Positions 36,552 to 46,626 of a DNA stretch of 49,030 bases are shown here, piece by piece; position 1 is the first letter of the stretch, and the number at the start of each line of letters is the position of its first letter. This stretch comes from Candidatus Xenobia bacterium. GTDB lineage: Bacteria > Vulcanimicrobiota > Xenobia > Xenobiales > QWHO01. Position numbers and translations under genes: made by a program. The notes beneath the pieces were generated by a model. It worked only from the letters and a program-made list of their open reading frames with translations, did not search any database and was not told the DNA's origin. The stretch lies in the NCBI GenBank assembly GCA_045863235.1, contig BTUM01000059.1:1-49030 (forward strand), written 5' to 3'.

Positions 36552-36584
36552 GCTGCGCCCTTCGGACGAGTGGAGGCAACCCCT

Positions 36585-37445
36585 TCAGGTCGGCAGAACG
36601 TCCACCGCCACGGACACCTTCTGCTCCCCGCCCCCCAGCACCACGCCCTTGACCGGGGACACATCGTCGTAGTCGCGTCCCCAGGCCATGGTGATATGAC
36701 TTTCGTAAGGGATCTGGTTGTTGGTGGGGTCAAAGTCCACCCAACCGTAGGGAGGGCAGAAGACCGACAACCAGGCGTGAGAGGCGTCGGCCCCCACAAG
36801 TCGGGGCTGGCCCGGAGGCGGGGTGGTGAGCAGATATCCGCTCACATAGCGGGCCGCCAACCCCAGCGAGCGCAGCATGCCGATCTGCAGGTGGGCAAAG
36901 TCCTGACAGACGCCGCGGCGGTTGCTGAGGACCTCCTTCAAACCGGTGGACAGGTCGGTGGCCTCGGGATCGTAACGAAACTCGCGGTGGATGCGCCCCA
37001 TCAGGTCGAGCACTCCCTCCACCAGGGGCCGCCCGGGGGTCAGCGAGGCGCGGGCATAGTCAGCCAGGTCCTCCCCCGCCTCAACGTAGGGCGAGTCGAA
37101 GCAGAACGCCCGCTCGGCCAGGTAGGCCCGATCCCCCACCAGTTGCTCCACCACCCGCTCCCAGGGAGGCGAGGCGGTGTACTCCTGAGCCGGACGCACC
37201 TCGACCAGGAAGCGAATGGTAACGGTGAGCTCGGTGTGGGGCTCGTGGATTTCGAAGAAGGTGACCGCGTTGCCGAAGTAATCGCGACGCCGTGCGATCA
37301 CGGCCGGGACGGGCTCGATCTCCAGGCGCGCTTCGCTCACCTCCTGGGCCGGGTGGGGACGAGGGGCGCCCACGACCTGGTTGTGGCCCAGCGAAACCGG
37401 CTCCTGGTAGCCGTAATGAGTGGTGTGGCGCACCCGATACCTCAT
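36585..37445 (-). CDS. transglutaminase-like protein
   Basis: MRYRVRHTTHY, GVCQDFAH, ARYVSGY, SHAW and FDPTN motifs. Confidence 0.92.
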   Translation of the reverse strand: MRYRVRHTTHYGYQEPVSLGHNQVVGAPRPHPAQEVSEARLEIEPVPAVIARRRDYFGNAVTFFEIHEPHTELTVTIRFLVEVRPAQEYTASPPWERVVEQLVGDRAYLAERAFCFDSPYVEAGEDLADYARASLTPGRPLVEGVLDLMGRIHREFRYDPEATDLSTGLKEVLSNRRGVCQDFAHLQIGMLRSLGLAARYVSGYLLTTPPPGQPRLVGADASHAWLSVFCPPYGWVDFDPTNNQIPYESHITMAWGRDYDDVSPVKGVVLGGGEQKVSVAVDVLPT

Positions 37446-39892
37446 TCGTGCCGCTCCTCCAGAGGCAATGGAGGCCGCTGGCGTGCGGGAGCCACATGCA
37501 CCAGGTAATGTCGACTCAAGGCATCGCCCAGTTGCGGAAGGCGCTGCTCGCAACTTTCCAGGAAGAGCTTGCAGCGCCTGGGCTCGGCAGCCAGAGCAGC
37601 CACGTCCAGCAGGCGAAGGTCGGTCAAGAGAGCCAGGGCGAGCCGCTGCTCGGGGCTGCGCAGAGCCCGCTGATCGGGCAGGTGGCTCAGGTGCTCCTCG
37701 ACCTGGGCCAGTTGAAAGGCAACCGAGCGCGGATTGGACTCGTCACAGAGAATGAGATCCAGCACCGGGGCCATCTGCAGGCCGGCCGGATAGCGTCGTC
37801 GATAGGTGCGGCCCGAGTCACAGATGCGCAGCACGGCCTCGAGCAGGGCGTCCTCCTGAGCTCGAGACTCCACCAGAGTCCCCTGGACCAGCTCCACGGT
37901 GCGCACGGCGCGCTCCAGCCGCCGGCCCAGATCCAGGAAACGCCAGCCGTAGCCCCGCGACATGCTCTCGGTCGCCATGCCGCAAAACGCCCACAGCTCG
38001 GTGATCAGCTCCTCGAGCTGGTCCATCAACACGCGCTCGTGCTCGGCCGGCCCGATCGTGAGGCCGGTCAAAATGCGCCAGCAATCCACCGATACCCGGT
38101 CGCGCACACTGGTGCTGAGCCGATGCACCTGGCGCAGCAGAAAGGCCAGCCCGAACTTCTTCGACTCCAGAGCCAGCTCTCTGATGCGAGGCCAGTCCTC
38201 GCCCTCCTCCGGGTGCATGACGTCCAGCAGGCGCGGCACCGCCCCGGCGTCCTCGGGGTCGCTGAGCAGCTCGAGGCAGCCCCGAATCAAGCGCACCATT
38301 CCCTCGGCCCGCTCGACGTAGCGGCCCAGCCAGAACAGACTGTCAGCCACCCGGCTGGGCAGGTCGTTGCCCCCCCGCGAGAGACCTACCTGGGCACCCG
38401 GGCGAACCACCGGATGAGAGCTGGACGAGGGCTCCTCCGAGGAGATAACCCAGGTGTCCTTGCTCCCTCCCGAGGCCGACAGGGTCACCACCAGAGAGTC
38501 CGCCGTGCGAGCCACCCGGGCCAGCCCCCCTGGCAAGACCTCGAAGCCGTCCTCGCGACTGGACAAAAAGGCCCGCAGCACCATGTGGCGGGGCTCCAGG
38601 CGCTGGCCGCTCCAGACCGGCGAGGTCGACATGGAGACCTGGTCCTGGGCCACCCAGGCATACGGACGAGCTCGAATGCGTCGGCCCAGGTCTTCACGCT
38701 CGGTGCGGGAGAGCTCAGCTCCAAAGACGGCCCGCCGTCCTCCCAGAAAGGTCTGCTGGGGGAAGGCGGTGCGCACCACCAGCTTCTCGAGGTGGCTCAG
38801 AACGTGCTGACAGGCAACGGGATCGCCGCACCACCAGCTGGGAACCCCGGGGACCTCCAGCTCCTGACCCAGGAAGTGGCGGCACAGGGCCGGCAAGAAC
38901 GGCCCCAGGGCGGGCGTTTCCAGCCAGCCGCTGCCCAGCGAGTTGGCCACCACCACGTTGCCCGAGCGAACGGCCTGAACCAGGCCGGGTACTCCCCACC
39001 AGGAGTCGCCCCGCAGCTCCAATGGATCGCAGAAGGCATCGTCGAGTCGGCGCCAGATCACGTCCACCGGCTGCAGGCCCTCGAGCTGTTTGAGATAGAC
39101 GGCGTTGTCTCGCACCGTCAGGTCGTCCCCCTCCACCAGGGCGCAGCCAAGATACTGGGCCAGGTAGGCGTGCTCGAAGTAGACCGGGCTTTCGGGCCCC
39201 GAGGTCAACAAGACGATGCGCGGATTGTTGGGATTGAGAGCGGCCAGCCCCTCGAGCGAGGTCCGCAATCCCTCGAAGAAGGGCCCCAACCGCGCCGAGC
39301 GACACTCGCGAAACAGCTCGGGAAGAAGGCGGCTCAGCACCAATCGGTTCTCCAGGGCGTAGCCTGCCCCGACCGGGGCCTGGGTGCGGTCTCGCAGGAT
39401 CATCCACTGGCCCTCGGGGGTTCGCACCAGATCGGTGCTGTAGAGCAAGAGCCGGCTCTGACGGGCCACCGGCAGCCCGTGACAGGAGCGCAGGAAACCG
39501 GGATGGGCGAAGACCAGCTCGGGAGGCAAGAGGCCTTCGCGGAGAAGGTCCTGGGGGCCGTAGACGTCCTCCAGCACCAGATCAAGCAGTTGAGCCCGCT
39601 GCACCAGGCCGGCCGAGAGACTGGTCCACTCGCTCTCGTCCAGCAGCAGAGGGAGCGGGTCGAGCTCCCAGGGCCGCTCCAGACCTCCAGCCCCCCCATG
39701 AACATTGAAGGTGACCCCGTTCTCGCGCATGAGGCGGCGCACTTCGGCCCACCTGCGAGCCAGAGTCTCGGCGCCCATGGCTTCAAAAGAGCGCAAAAAC
39801 GAGGACCAGTGCGGCCGCACTCCCCCCGGCTGGGCGTGCATCTCGTCAAACGTGAGCGGGATCGGCTCGTAGCCGGCGGCCACGGTCTGCAT
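37442..39892 (-). CDS. circularly permuted type-2 ATP-grasp plus alpha-E domain protein
   Basis: RTQAPVGAGYALENR, YFEHAYLA, DPLEL, GGSKDTW, FWLGRYVERAE and NPRSV motifs. Confidence 0.92.
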   Translation of the reverse strand: MQTVAAGYEPIPLTFDEMHAQPGGVRPHWSSFLRSFEAMGAETLARRWAEVRRLMRENGVTFNVHGGAGGLERPWELDPLPLLLDESEWTSLSAGLVQRAQLLDLVLEDVYGPQDLLREGLLPPELVFAHPGFLRSCHGLPVARQSRLLLYSTDLVRTPEGQWMILRDRTQAPVGAGYALENRLVLSRLLPELFRECRSARLGPFFEGLRTSLEGLAALNPNNPRIVLLTSGPESPVYFEHAYLAQYLGCALVEGDDLTVRDNAVYLKQLEGLQPVDVIWRRLDDAFCDPLELRGDSWWGVPGLVQAVRSGNVVVANSLGSGWLETPALGPFLPALCRHFLGQELEVPGVPSWWCGDPVACQHVLSHLEKLVVRTAFPQQTFLGGRRAVFGAELSRTEREDLGRRIRARPYAWVAQDQVSMSTSPVWSGQRLEPRHMVLRAFLSSREDGFEVLPGGLARVARTADSLVVTLSASGGSKDTWVISSEEPSSSSHPVVRPGAQVGLSRGGNDLPSRVADSLFWLGRYVERAEGMVRLIRGCLELLSDPEDAGAVPRLLDVMHPEEGEDWPRIRELALESKKFGLAFLLRQVHRLSTSVRDRVSVDCWRILTGLTIGPAEHERVLMDQLEELITELWAFCGMATESMSRGYGWRFLDLGRRLERAVRTVELVQGTLVESRAQEDALLEAVLRICDSGRTYRRRYPAGLQMAPVLDLILCDESNPRSVAFQLAQVEEHLSHLPDQRALRSPEQRLALALLTDLRLLDVAALAAEPRRCKLFLESCEQRLPQLGDALSRHYLVHVAPARQRPPLPLEERHE

Positions 39893-39978
39893 GAATTGTG
39901 ATCAAGTTCCAGCGGCGTGGAGGAAATCCTGGCGCCACCGCCAGAGGAGGGGGCTCGAGTGTGTCTAAAATTCCGCCA

Positions 39979-40386
39979 ATGCGCGCCGTCACGCTCCTCA
40001 TCCTGGTGGCCCTGAGCCTGCTGGCTTCGGCCCAGACCCCGCAACCTGCCCAGAAGAAGTCTAAGACTCTGGTTGACTACCAGAGCGAGTTGGGGCTGAG
40101 CGACACTCAGGTGGCTGACGTGAAGCGCACCCTCGAACTCTTCAAGTCCGAGATCAAAGCCTATCGGTCCCAGTTGCTCGAGACCGAGCAGAGCCTGGCG
40201 GCCCGGGTCAAGGCGGGTGGATCGATCGAGGAGATCAAGGCCGATCTCCGCCAGAGCTCGGACCTGCACTTTCAGTTGCGTTACCTGGACGTGGTCACTT
40301 CACGCAAGGTCGAGGCCATCCTGAGCCCGGATCAGATGGCCCGATGGCGAGAAATTCAGCAGAAGAAACGAGGACAAGCCCCGTAG
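39979..40386 (+). CDS. Spy/CpxP-like periplasmic helical protein
   Basis: Signal peptide, ELGLSDTQ and ILSPDQ motifs. Confidence 0.72.
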   Translation: MRAVTLLILVALSLLASAQTPQPAQKKSKTLVDYQSELGLSDTQVADVKRTLELFKSEIKAYRSQLLETEQSLAARVKAGGSIEEIKADLRQSSDLHFQLRYLDVVTSRKVEAILSPDQMARWREIQQKKRGQAP

Positions 40387-40770
40387 ATGCGCGTTCTTGT
40401 GTGGTTGGCACTGTTGCTGGCCTGGGCCTGGGCCGAGCCCGGGCCCCGGAGCCTGGTGGACTTTCGCCAGGAATTGAAGCTCTCAGGCCAGCAGGTGGAG
40501 GCGATCACCAGCACGTTGCAGCGTTTCCAAGAGGAAAATGCCACCCTGCGTTTCAAGCTGAATGTGGCCGAGCGCGAGACGGCGAGCCTGGTGGAGCGTC
40601 GCGGAGATCTGGCCGCCATCAAGGCCAACCTGAAGCAGGCCTCCGACCTGCAGTACCAGATGCGCCTTCTGGACCTGGAAACGTCGCGCAAGCTGGAGGG
40701 AATCCTGAGCCCCGAGCAGTTGAAGCGATGGCAGGCAATCCAGGCGAAGGAGAGGCGGAAGAAGCCATGA
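40387..40770 (+). CDS. Spy/CpxP-like periplasmic protein (paralogue of previous)
   Basis: ELKLSGQQ and ILSPEQ motifs; clearly similar to 39979-40386. Confidence 0.72.
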   Translation: MRVLVWLALLLAWAWAEPGPRSLVDFRQELKLSGQQVEAITSTLQRFQEENATLRFKLNVAERETASLVERRGDLAAIKANLKQASDLQYQMRLLDLETSRKLEGILSPEQLKRWQAIQAKERRKKP

Positions 40771-41141
40771 GATGGGGCGCTCTGGCCCTGGCAGCCCTCC
40801 TCTGTGGGTGCTCCGCCCAGGGGCCCGTCGAGGCCGAGAAGGCCGAGCAGTGCATGACCAATCTACAGGGTCTGTGGGAGCCGATGGAGTTCTACATGAC
40901 CGACCACCACGGACAGTACCCGGCCCGACTCGAGCAACTGACATCCCCTGGCCCCGCCCGCCAGTTGCCCTACGTCTCCAGCCTGCCAACCTGTCCTCCG
41001 GGTTGGAGCTACGTCTACGAAGTACAGCCAGGCACGGTGAGCCGATATACCCTGATCTGCCGCAGCCAGGTGAGCGCCCCGGGACTCACGCCCGACTATC
41101 CGCGCATGACTTCGGAGAGCCGTCCGGTAAGCCACCCCTGA
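40767..41141 (+). CDS. lipoprotein with pseudopilin/GspG-like domain
   Basis: Lipobox LCGC; C..NL..L....E.Y..DH.G.YP..L..L...Y...LPTCP pattern. Confidence 0.68.
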   Translation: MRWGALALAALLCGCSAQGPVEAEKAEQCMTNLQGLWEPMEFYMTDHHGQYPARLEQLTSPGPARQLPYVSSLPTCPPGWSYVYEVQPGTVSRYTLICRSQVSAPGLTPDYPRMTSESRPVSHP

Positions 41142-41206
41142 TCACTTCGAAACGAGTTCCAAACGCACGTCATCCGACGAGGTTTCGGGCTAATGTGCAT
41201 CGCACT

Positions 41207-44200
41207 TTAGCGACGGAGGTCGAGCGTGACGGGGAACTCGGGATTGATCTCCAACGGCGGAGCCTCCACCTGACCGGGCGAGTGGCCGATCGAGAAGAAT
41301 CTCGCCGTGCGCCGGGCCTCGGCCTCGTAGGCATTGACCGGAAAGGTATCGTAGCTGCGCCCTCCTGGATGGGCCACGTGATAAGTGCAGCCCCCGATGG
41401 AGCGGTTCGACCAGGTATCCACCAGGTCCAGCACCAGCGGGGCGTGCACCTGGATGGTGGGGTGCAGGCAGTGAGGCGGTTGCCAGGCCCGATAACGCAC
41501 CCCGGCCACGAACTCCCCCCTGACCCCGGTCGGGGTCAGGGGCAGGCGGCGTCCGTTGCAGGTCACCGCGTGGCGTGAATCGGTCATCCCGCGCACGGTG
41601 ACTTCGACTCGCTCCAGAGAAGAGTCGACGTAGCGTACCTGACCGCCCAGACCGGGGGTCTCGCCCAGCACATGCCAGGGCTCCAGCGCGACCCGCAGCT
41701 CCAACTCCACCCCCCGGTGCAAGACCGCACCCAGACGAGGAAAGCGGAACTCGAAGTGGGCCTCGAACCATTCCCGATCGAAGGGGAAGCCTGCCTGCTC
41801 GAGCTCGGAGAGCACCTCGTAGAAGTCCCGCCGCACGAAATGGCTCAGCATGAAGCGGTCGTGGAGGTCAGTGCCCCAGCGCACCAGGGGGGCGCGATAC
41901 GGCTCGCGCCAGAGCCAGGCGGTGAGGGCTCGCAGCAAGAGTTGCTGAGCCAGGCTCATCCGGTAGTCAGGAGGCATCTCGAAGTTGCGAAACTCGACCA
42001 GCCCGCGCCGGCCACTCGGCCCGTCAGGAGAATAGAGCTTGTCGATGCAGAACTCGGCCCGGTGGGTGTTGCCGGTGGCATCGGTGAGGAGATGGCGGAA
42101 GACCCGGTCCACCAGCCAGTAAGGCGCCTCGTCGTGCAGTTGCTCGAAAGCGATCTCCAGCTCATAGAGGGTGTCGTGACGGGCCTCGTCCAGGCGCGGG
42201 GCCTGGCTTGTGGGTCCGATGAAGAGTCCTGAAAAGAGGTAGCTCAAGGAAGGGTGGTTGATCCAGTAAGCCAGCATGCTGCGCAACAGGTCCGGGCGGC
42301 GCAAGAAGGGGCTGTCGGAGGGGGTGGAGCCGCCCAGAATGAGGTGGTTGCCCCCTCCGGTGCCGCAGTGGCGACCATCGAGCATGAACTTCTCGGCCCC
42401 CAACCGGGTCTGGCGAGCAAGATCATACAGGGTGCGGGTCTTCTCGACCAGCTCTCGCCAGTTCTCGGAAGGATGGAGGTTGACCTCGATCACGCCCGGG
42501 TCCGGGGTGACGCTGAATGAGATCAGGCGCGGGTCCTCGGGCGGGGCGTAGCCCTCGAGCAGCACCGGTAGCGCGAGCCTGGCAGCAGTGTCCTCGATGG
42601 CCTGGAGCAATTCGAAGTAATCGTCGGCGGTTGAAAAGGGCGGCATAAAGACGTAGAGGCGCCCGTGACGGGGCTCGACGCAGGCAAAGGTGCGGATCAC
42701 CCGGGCCGGTGTCGGGGGGGGGACGTGAGCGTAAGGGTGCTCGCCCTGGCGTTGCATGGTGGTCACCGAGGCGGTGGCCCGCACGGTGCGCTGCTCGGGC
42801 AGAGGCAGGCGCTCCTCAAAGCTATCCGGCATGGCTGGCCAGGGAAATTCTTCTTTGCTCACCCAGGGCAGTGAGTCGAGCGGCAGCCGATAGCCCATGG
42901 GCGAGTCACCGGGCATCAACCGCATCGGCTCGCGGCGAATCTGCACCTGCTCGGACTGCCAGACGGCGCCGCTATGGCTCTGTTGGAGCCGCAGAGGGAG
43001 CGAGTATCCGATCACGTTGCCGAGCCCTCCGCTGAAGACGCGGGCCAGTCGGGCCCTCTCCTCCGGGTCGTCGAGGTTGGACTCCAGGGGATTCACGTTG
43101 ACCGGCAAGCGGGACTCGCGCCACAGGAAGTAAGCGATGTCCTCATAGCCAGGCGATACGTGGTCGGGGGAGACCCCCAGCTCTTCCGCCAGAGCCAGCA
43201 TGAAACGCCGGGCCTCCTCGGGACCGTAACCGTAGTCTTTCTCCTCGTCGGCCATCCAGCGGGGATCGCGCCAGAGGGGGCGGCCATCCTGGCGCCAGAT
43301 CACGCTCAACGCCCAGCGGGGCAGAGACTCGCCCGGATAGAGCTTACCCTGGCCATAATGACGCACGGCTCCGCTGGCGAAGGCTTTCTCCAGTCGCAGC
43401 ATCAGCTGACCGGCCAGCTTGCGCTTGGCCTCGCCCAGGGCGGTGACGTTCCACTCATCGCCATCCATGTCATCCACCGAGACGAAAGTCGGCTCGCCGC
43501 CCATGGTCAGGCGAACATCCCCGGCCGCCAGCTCCTGGTCGACCCGGTCTCCAAGTATGAGCAGCCGCTCCCAGGCTTCCTCGGAGTAAGGCAGGGTGAC
43601 CCGGGGTGCTTCTCGGATACGGGTGACCCGCATCTGATAGGAAAATTCCTCCCGGGGGGGCTCGCCGGTGAAGCCAAATGAACCCGTGACGGGGGCGGCC
43701 GTCACCGGCTCGGCTGCGCATGCCAGCGGCAGGTGGCCCTCGCCGGCCAGCAAGCCCGAGGTGGAGTCGAGTCCCACCCAGCCAGCCCCGGGCAGGTAGA
43801 CCTCCGTCCAGGCGTGCAGGTCGGCAAAGTCTTCCTCCACCCCGGCCGGACCATCCAGAGGCTTGACGTCGGCCTTGAGCTGGATCGAATAGCCGCTGAC
43901 GAAGCGGGCGGCCAGCTTGAAGTGACGCAGGAGCTGCACCAGAAGCCAGGCGAAGTCGCGACACGAGCCTCCACCCTTCGTCAGCGTCTCCTCAGGGGTC
44001 TGCACCCCCGGCTCCATGCGGATATCGTACTTGAGCCGTTTCTGAAGAGCCTGATTGAGCTCGACCAGATAGTCCACCATGCGCATGTCGCCACGGCGCA
44101 GCTCTTCGATCAGAGCCTGCAGTCGGGGGCCGGCCGATTCGGCCTCGAGATAGGGGGTGAGCTCCTTGGCCAACTCGGGAGGATACTCGAAAGGATAACG

Positions 44201-44500
44201 CTCGGCGTACTCCTCAAGAAAGAAGTCAAAGGGATTGATCACGGTCAGCTCGGCCACCAGATCGACCTCGATGATCAACTCGTCGGTGAGCTCGGGGAAG
44301 ACCAGCCGGGCCAGGTAGTTGTTGTACGGATCCTGCTGCCAGTTCAGAAAATGTTGCTTGGGGTGCACTCGCAGGCTGTAACTGGTGACGGGGGTCCGGC
44401 AATGCGGCGCGGGCCGCAGGCGGATGACGTGGGGCTGGAGCTGCAGGTAGCGGTCGTAACGGTAGGTGGTCTTGTGGTTGAGGGCGACCCGAATCGGCAT
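41207..44500 (-). CDS. transglutaminase fused to DUF2126 putative amidoligase
   Basis: GSCRDFAW, DLHAWTEVY, LTMGGEPTF, TPDPGVIEVN, GTGGGNH and NTHRAEFCIDK motifs. Confidence 0.93.
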   Translation of the reverse strand: MPIRVALNHKTTYRYDRYLQLQPHVIRLRPAPHCRTPVTSYSLRVHPKQHFLNWQQDPYNNYLARLVFPELTDELIIEVDLVAELTVINPFDFFLEEYAERYPFEYPPELAKELTPYLEAESAGPRLQALIEELRRGDMRMVDYLVELNQALQKRLKYDIRMEPGVQTPEETLTKGGGSCRDFAWLLVQLLRHFKLAARFVSGYSIQLKADVKPLDGPAGVEEDFADLHAWTEVYLPGAGWVGLDSTSGLLAGEGHLPLACAAEPVTAAPVTGSFGFTGEPPREEFSYQMRVTRIREAPRVTLPYSEEAWERLLILGDRVDQELAAGDVRLTMGGEPTFVSVDDMDGDEWNVTALGEAKRKLAGQLMLRLEKAFASGAVRHYGQGKLYPGESLPRWALSVIWRQDGRPLWRDPRWMADEEKDYGYGPEEARRFMLALAEELGVSPDHVSPGYEDIAYFLWRESRLPVNVNPLESNLDDPEERARLARVFSGGLGNVIGYSLPLRLQQSHSGAVWQSEQVQIRREPMRLMPGDSPMGYRLPLDSLPWVSKEEFPWPAMPDSFEERLPLPEQRTVRATASVTTMQRQGEHPYAHVPPPTPARVIRTFACVEPRHGRLYVFMPPFSTADDYFELLQAIEDTAARLALPVLLEGYAPPEDPRLISFSVTPDPGVIEVNLHPSENWRELVEKTRTLYDLARQTRLGAEKFMLDGRHCGTGGGNHLILGGSTPSDSPFLRRPDLLRSMLAYWINHPSLSYLFSGLFIGPTSQAPRLDEARHDTLYELEIAFEQLHDEAPYWLVDRVFRHLLTDATGNTHRAEFCIDKLYSPDGPSGRRGLVEFRNFEMPPDYRMSLAQQLLLRALTAWLWREPYRAPLVRWGTDLHDRFMLSHFVRRDFYEVLSELEQAGFPFDREWFEAHFEFRFPRLGAVLHRGVELELRVALEPWHVLGETPGLGGQVRYVDSSLERVEVTVRGMTDSRHAVTCNGRRLPLTPTGVRGEFVAGVRYRAWQPPHCLHPTIQVHAPLVLDLVDTWSNRSIGGCTYHVAHPGGRSYDTFPVNAYEAEARRTARFFSIGHSPGQVEAPPLEINPEFPVTLDLRR

Positions 44501-44531
44501 GGGCCGCCCTTCTCGGCCGAGAGGCCCTTCC

Positions 44532-45455
44532 CTACTGAGCCCGCAGGTGCAAGACCTCGACTCTGGGCTTCACTCCCTCGGCTCGATTGAAGTTCAGCCA
44601 GGTGGGAAGCTGCACCGAGAGCGTTTGCCCGGCCTCCAGGCGTCCGACCTTCTCCCCGTAGCGACCCACAACGGTCCCGGCCCCATCCAGAACCTCCACG
44701 GTCACCGTCACTCCCTCCACTGCGGGACCCTCGTTCTTGATCAGGACAAAGCCCCTCAAGGCTTGGAGATCGGGACGGGCGGAGTCGCTGGCCAGCGCAA
44801 ATGAGGCCCTCACCAGCTGGACCCTGGAGCCCTGCTCACCGGCTTTGACCACCGGACGCTCCGCGCTGGGGGCGCCAGGCAGAGCAGTGGGAGCGTAGAG
44901 ATCGGCTGTACCAAGCTGACGATTGAGGCGATAGTCGGCGTTGACCGCTCGGGCCAACTCCGACACGCTGACATAGAGGCGGCCCTGAACCATCCCGGCT
45001 CCAGGGTCGATCTGACGGCCCTCGAAAAAGATGGGCAGAGACTCGACCAGGCGGGGATTCGAACCATCCCCCCCGAGCCGAATGGAGATCGCCGCCTCGT
45101 CTCGTTCCCAGCTACAGCCCAGAGCCCGCAGCAGGTCGTCTAGAGGAGCGTAGAGCTCGCTCCCGACGGTTCGCACCGGGCCCTCAAAGGGACGGTTGCG
45201 CACGAACAGCAAGAGTGAGTCGGCCTGAGCTGGCACGAGCAAGGCCAGGAACAACAGCACCAGCAGCGCCGTAAAGAACGGGCGAGGCGGAGCCACATCG
45301 GCTCGTTTCTCAGGGGGCACCTTCTCATGCTGGTAGGGGCAGTGACGGCAGCCCGAGCCGCAGCAAGCGCCACGACGAAGGTGGAAGCGCTCGGTGAAGA
45401 CCAGCAACCCGTTCTCGTAATAGAACTCGTCTTCAGCCAGGGGAGCCATCGCCAA
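44532..45455 (-). CDS. DUF5522-like Cys-rich domain fused to a membrane-anchored/secreted domain
   Basis: YYENGLLVFTERFHLRRGACCGSGCRHCPY, then an internal signal-like helix and a LYAPL/LYVSV amine-oxidase N-terminal-like region. Confidence 0.75.
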   Translation of the reverse strand: MAMAPLAEDEFYYENGLLVFTERFHLRRGACCGSGCRHCPYQHEKVPPEKRADVAPPRPFFTALLVLLFLALLVPAQADSLLLFVRNRPFEGPVRTVGSELYAPLDDLLRALGCSWERDEAAISIRLGGDGSNPRLVESLPIFFEGRQIDPGAGMVQGRLYVSVSELARAVNADYRLNRQLGTADLYAPTALPGAPSAERPVVKAGEQGSRVQLVRASFALASDSARPDLQALRGFVLIKNEGPAVEGVTVTVEVLDGAGTVVGRYGEKVGRLEAGQTLSVQLPTWLNFNRAEGVKPRVEVLHLRAQ

Positions 45456-45867
45456 ACACTTCCTGCACTTTCTGATAGAGCCCTCCCAAACGCTCCTTGC
45501 GGGCCGGACGCAGGTCCGGCCCGAGCAAGGCGTGCCGCGTGAATCCCGTGGCGATCAGCTCTCCTTCGGACAGGTTGCGGGTCATCCGGTAGCTCATCTC
45601 GATGCGCAGCCCCTTCAACCACTCGGGACGAGTCTGGAGCACGAGCACGTCGCCGTAGCGGGCACCTGAGTGCAGGCGGTAGCTGACCTCGATGACCGGG
45701 GCCCTCAGGCCCTGGCGCTCGAGCTCGGCGTAATGGCACAGATGCTGCTCGAAAAACTCGGTGCGGCCCACCTCGAAGTAGACCGGAAAGTGGGAGTGGT
45801 GGACCACCCCCATCTGGTCAGTTTCGGCATAGCGGACGGCCAGACGGGTTACTTGAACGATCTTCAC
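45433..45867 (-). CDS. YbgC/FadM-family acyl-CoA thioesterase
   Basis: VRYAETDQMGVVHHSHF..YFEVGRTE motif. GTG at 45867. Confidence 0.9.
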   Translation of the reverse strand: MKIVQVTRLAVRYAETDQMGVVHHSHFPVYFEVGRTEFFEQHLCHYAELERQGLRAPVIEVSYRLHSGARYGDVLVLQTRPEWLKGLRIEMSYRMTRNLSEGELIATGFTRHALLGPDLRPARKERLGGLYQKVQEVFGDGSPG

Positions 45868-45904
45868 GCAGGCAGTTTCGCCTCGAGGCTGGAAGCTCCC
45901 GCCC

Positions 45905-46537
45905 GTGAAGTGCATTTTGTTCGACTGGGACGGCGTGCTGGCCGACTCATTGACCCACTACTTCGAGCTCTATCAGGCCGTCAGCCGTCACTTCCAAAAG
46001 CCCCTCCCGATCCATTCTCCCCAGGAGTTCCGTGAGTGGTACGAGCCGCGCTGGGAAGAAAACTACTACGAGATGGGGTTCAGCGCCGAGGAACTGCCGG
46101 CCGCCCTGGAGTGGGCCATCAACTGGCTCGACTATTCCCGGGTACAGCTTTTCGCCCCCGTCCCTGCCATGCTCCGGCGTCTGGCCGCCGAATGGCCCAT
46201 GGCCATCGTTTCGACCACCCCCTCGCCTATCATCCGCCAACGTCTGGCCAAGGAAGGTCTGGAGGAGCTCTTTCGACTCGTCACCGGCGGCGAGGACGGC
46301 TCCAGCGAGAAGGTAGAGAAGATCGATCTCACGCTCGCCCGGCTCGGTCTGCGGCACGGGGTCATGGTGGGCGATACCCGCCTGGATGTCGAGGCGGCCG
46401 CCCACCACGGGCTCAAGACCGTGGCCGCCACCTACGGCTGGCAGTCACCCGCCCGGGTGCTGGCGGCCAGGCCCGACCTCACGGCCGAACGACCGGAGGA
46501 GCTCGAGGCGGTCGTGCGACAGGCCCTTGGGGTGTGA
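45905..46537 (+). CDS. HAD-family hydrolase (Gph-like)
   Basis: FDWDGVLADS and MVGDTRLDV motifs. Confidence 0.9.
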   Translation: MKCILFDWDGVLADSLTHYFELYQAVSRHFQKPLPIHSPQEFREWYEPRWEENYYEMGFSAEELPAALEWAINWLDYSRVQLFAPVPAMLRRLAAEWPMAIVSTTPSPIIRQRLAKEGLEELFRLVTGGEDGSSEKVEKIDLTLARLGLRHGVMVGDTRLDVEAAAHHGLKTVAATYGWQSPARVLAARPDLTAERPEELEAVVRQALGV

Positions 46538-46626
46538 GCCAGCGCACAGCCCTGGCGGCGCGGGCAGAGTAGAATCATATGGGGGCCGTCGTTACCAACC
46601 TACTTCCCTGACCGGAGAGCCTCGCC

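Noticed and set aside
37292..39901. Long antisense ORFs (869 aa here, also 4537-6237 and 20190-21560)
   Set aside because: GC-rich shadow frames opposite well-supported genes, with no motifs.
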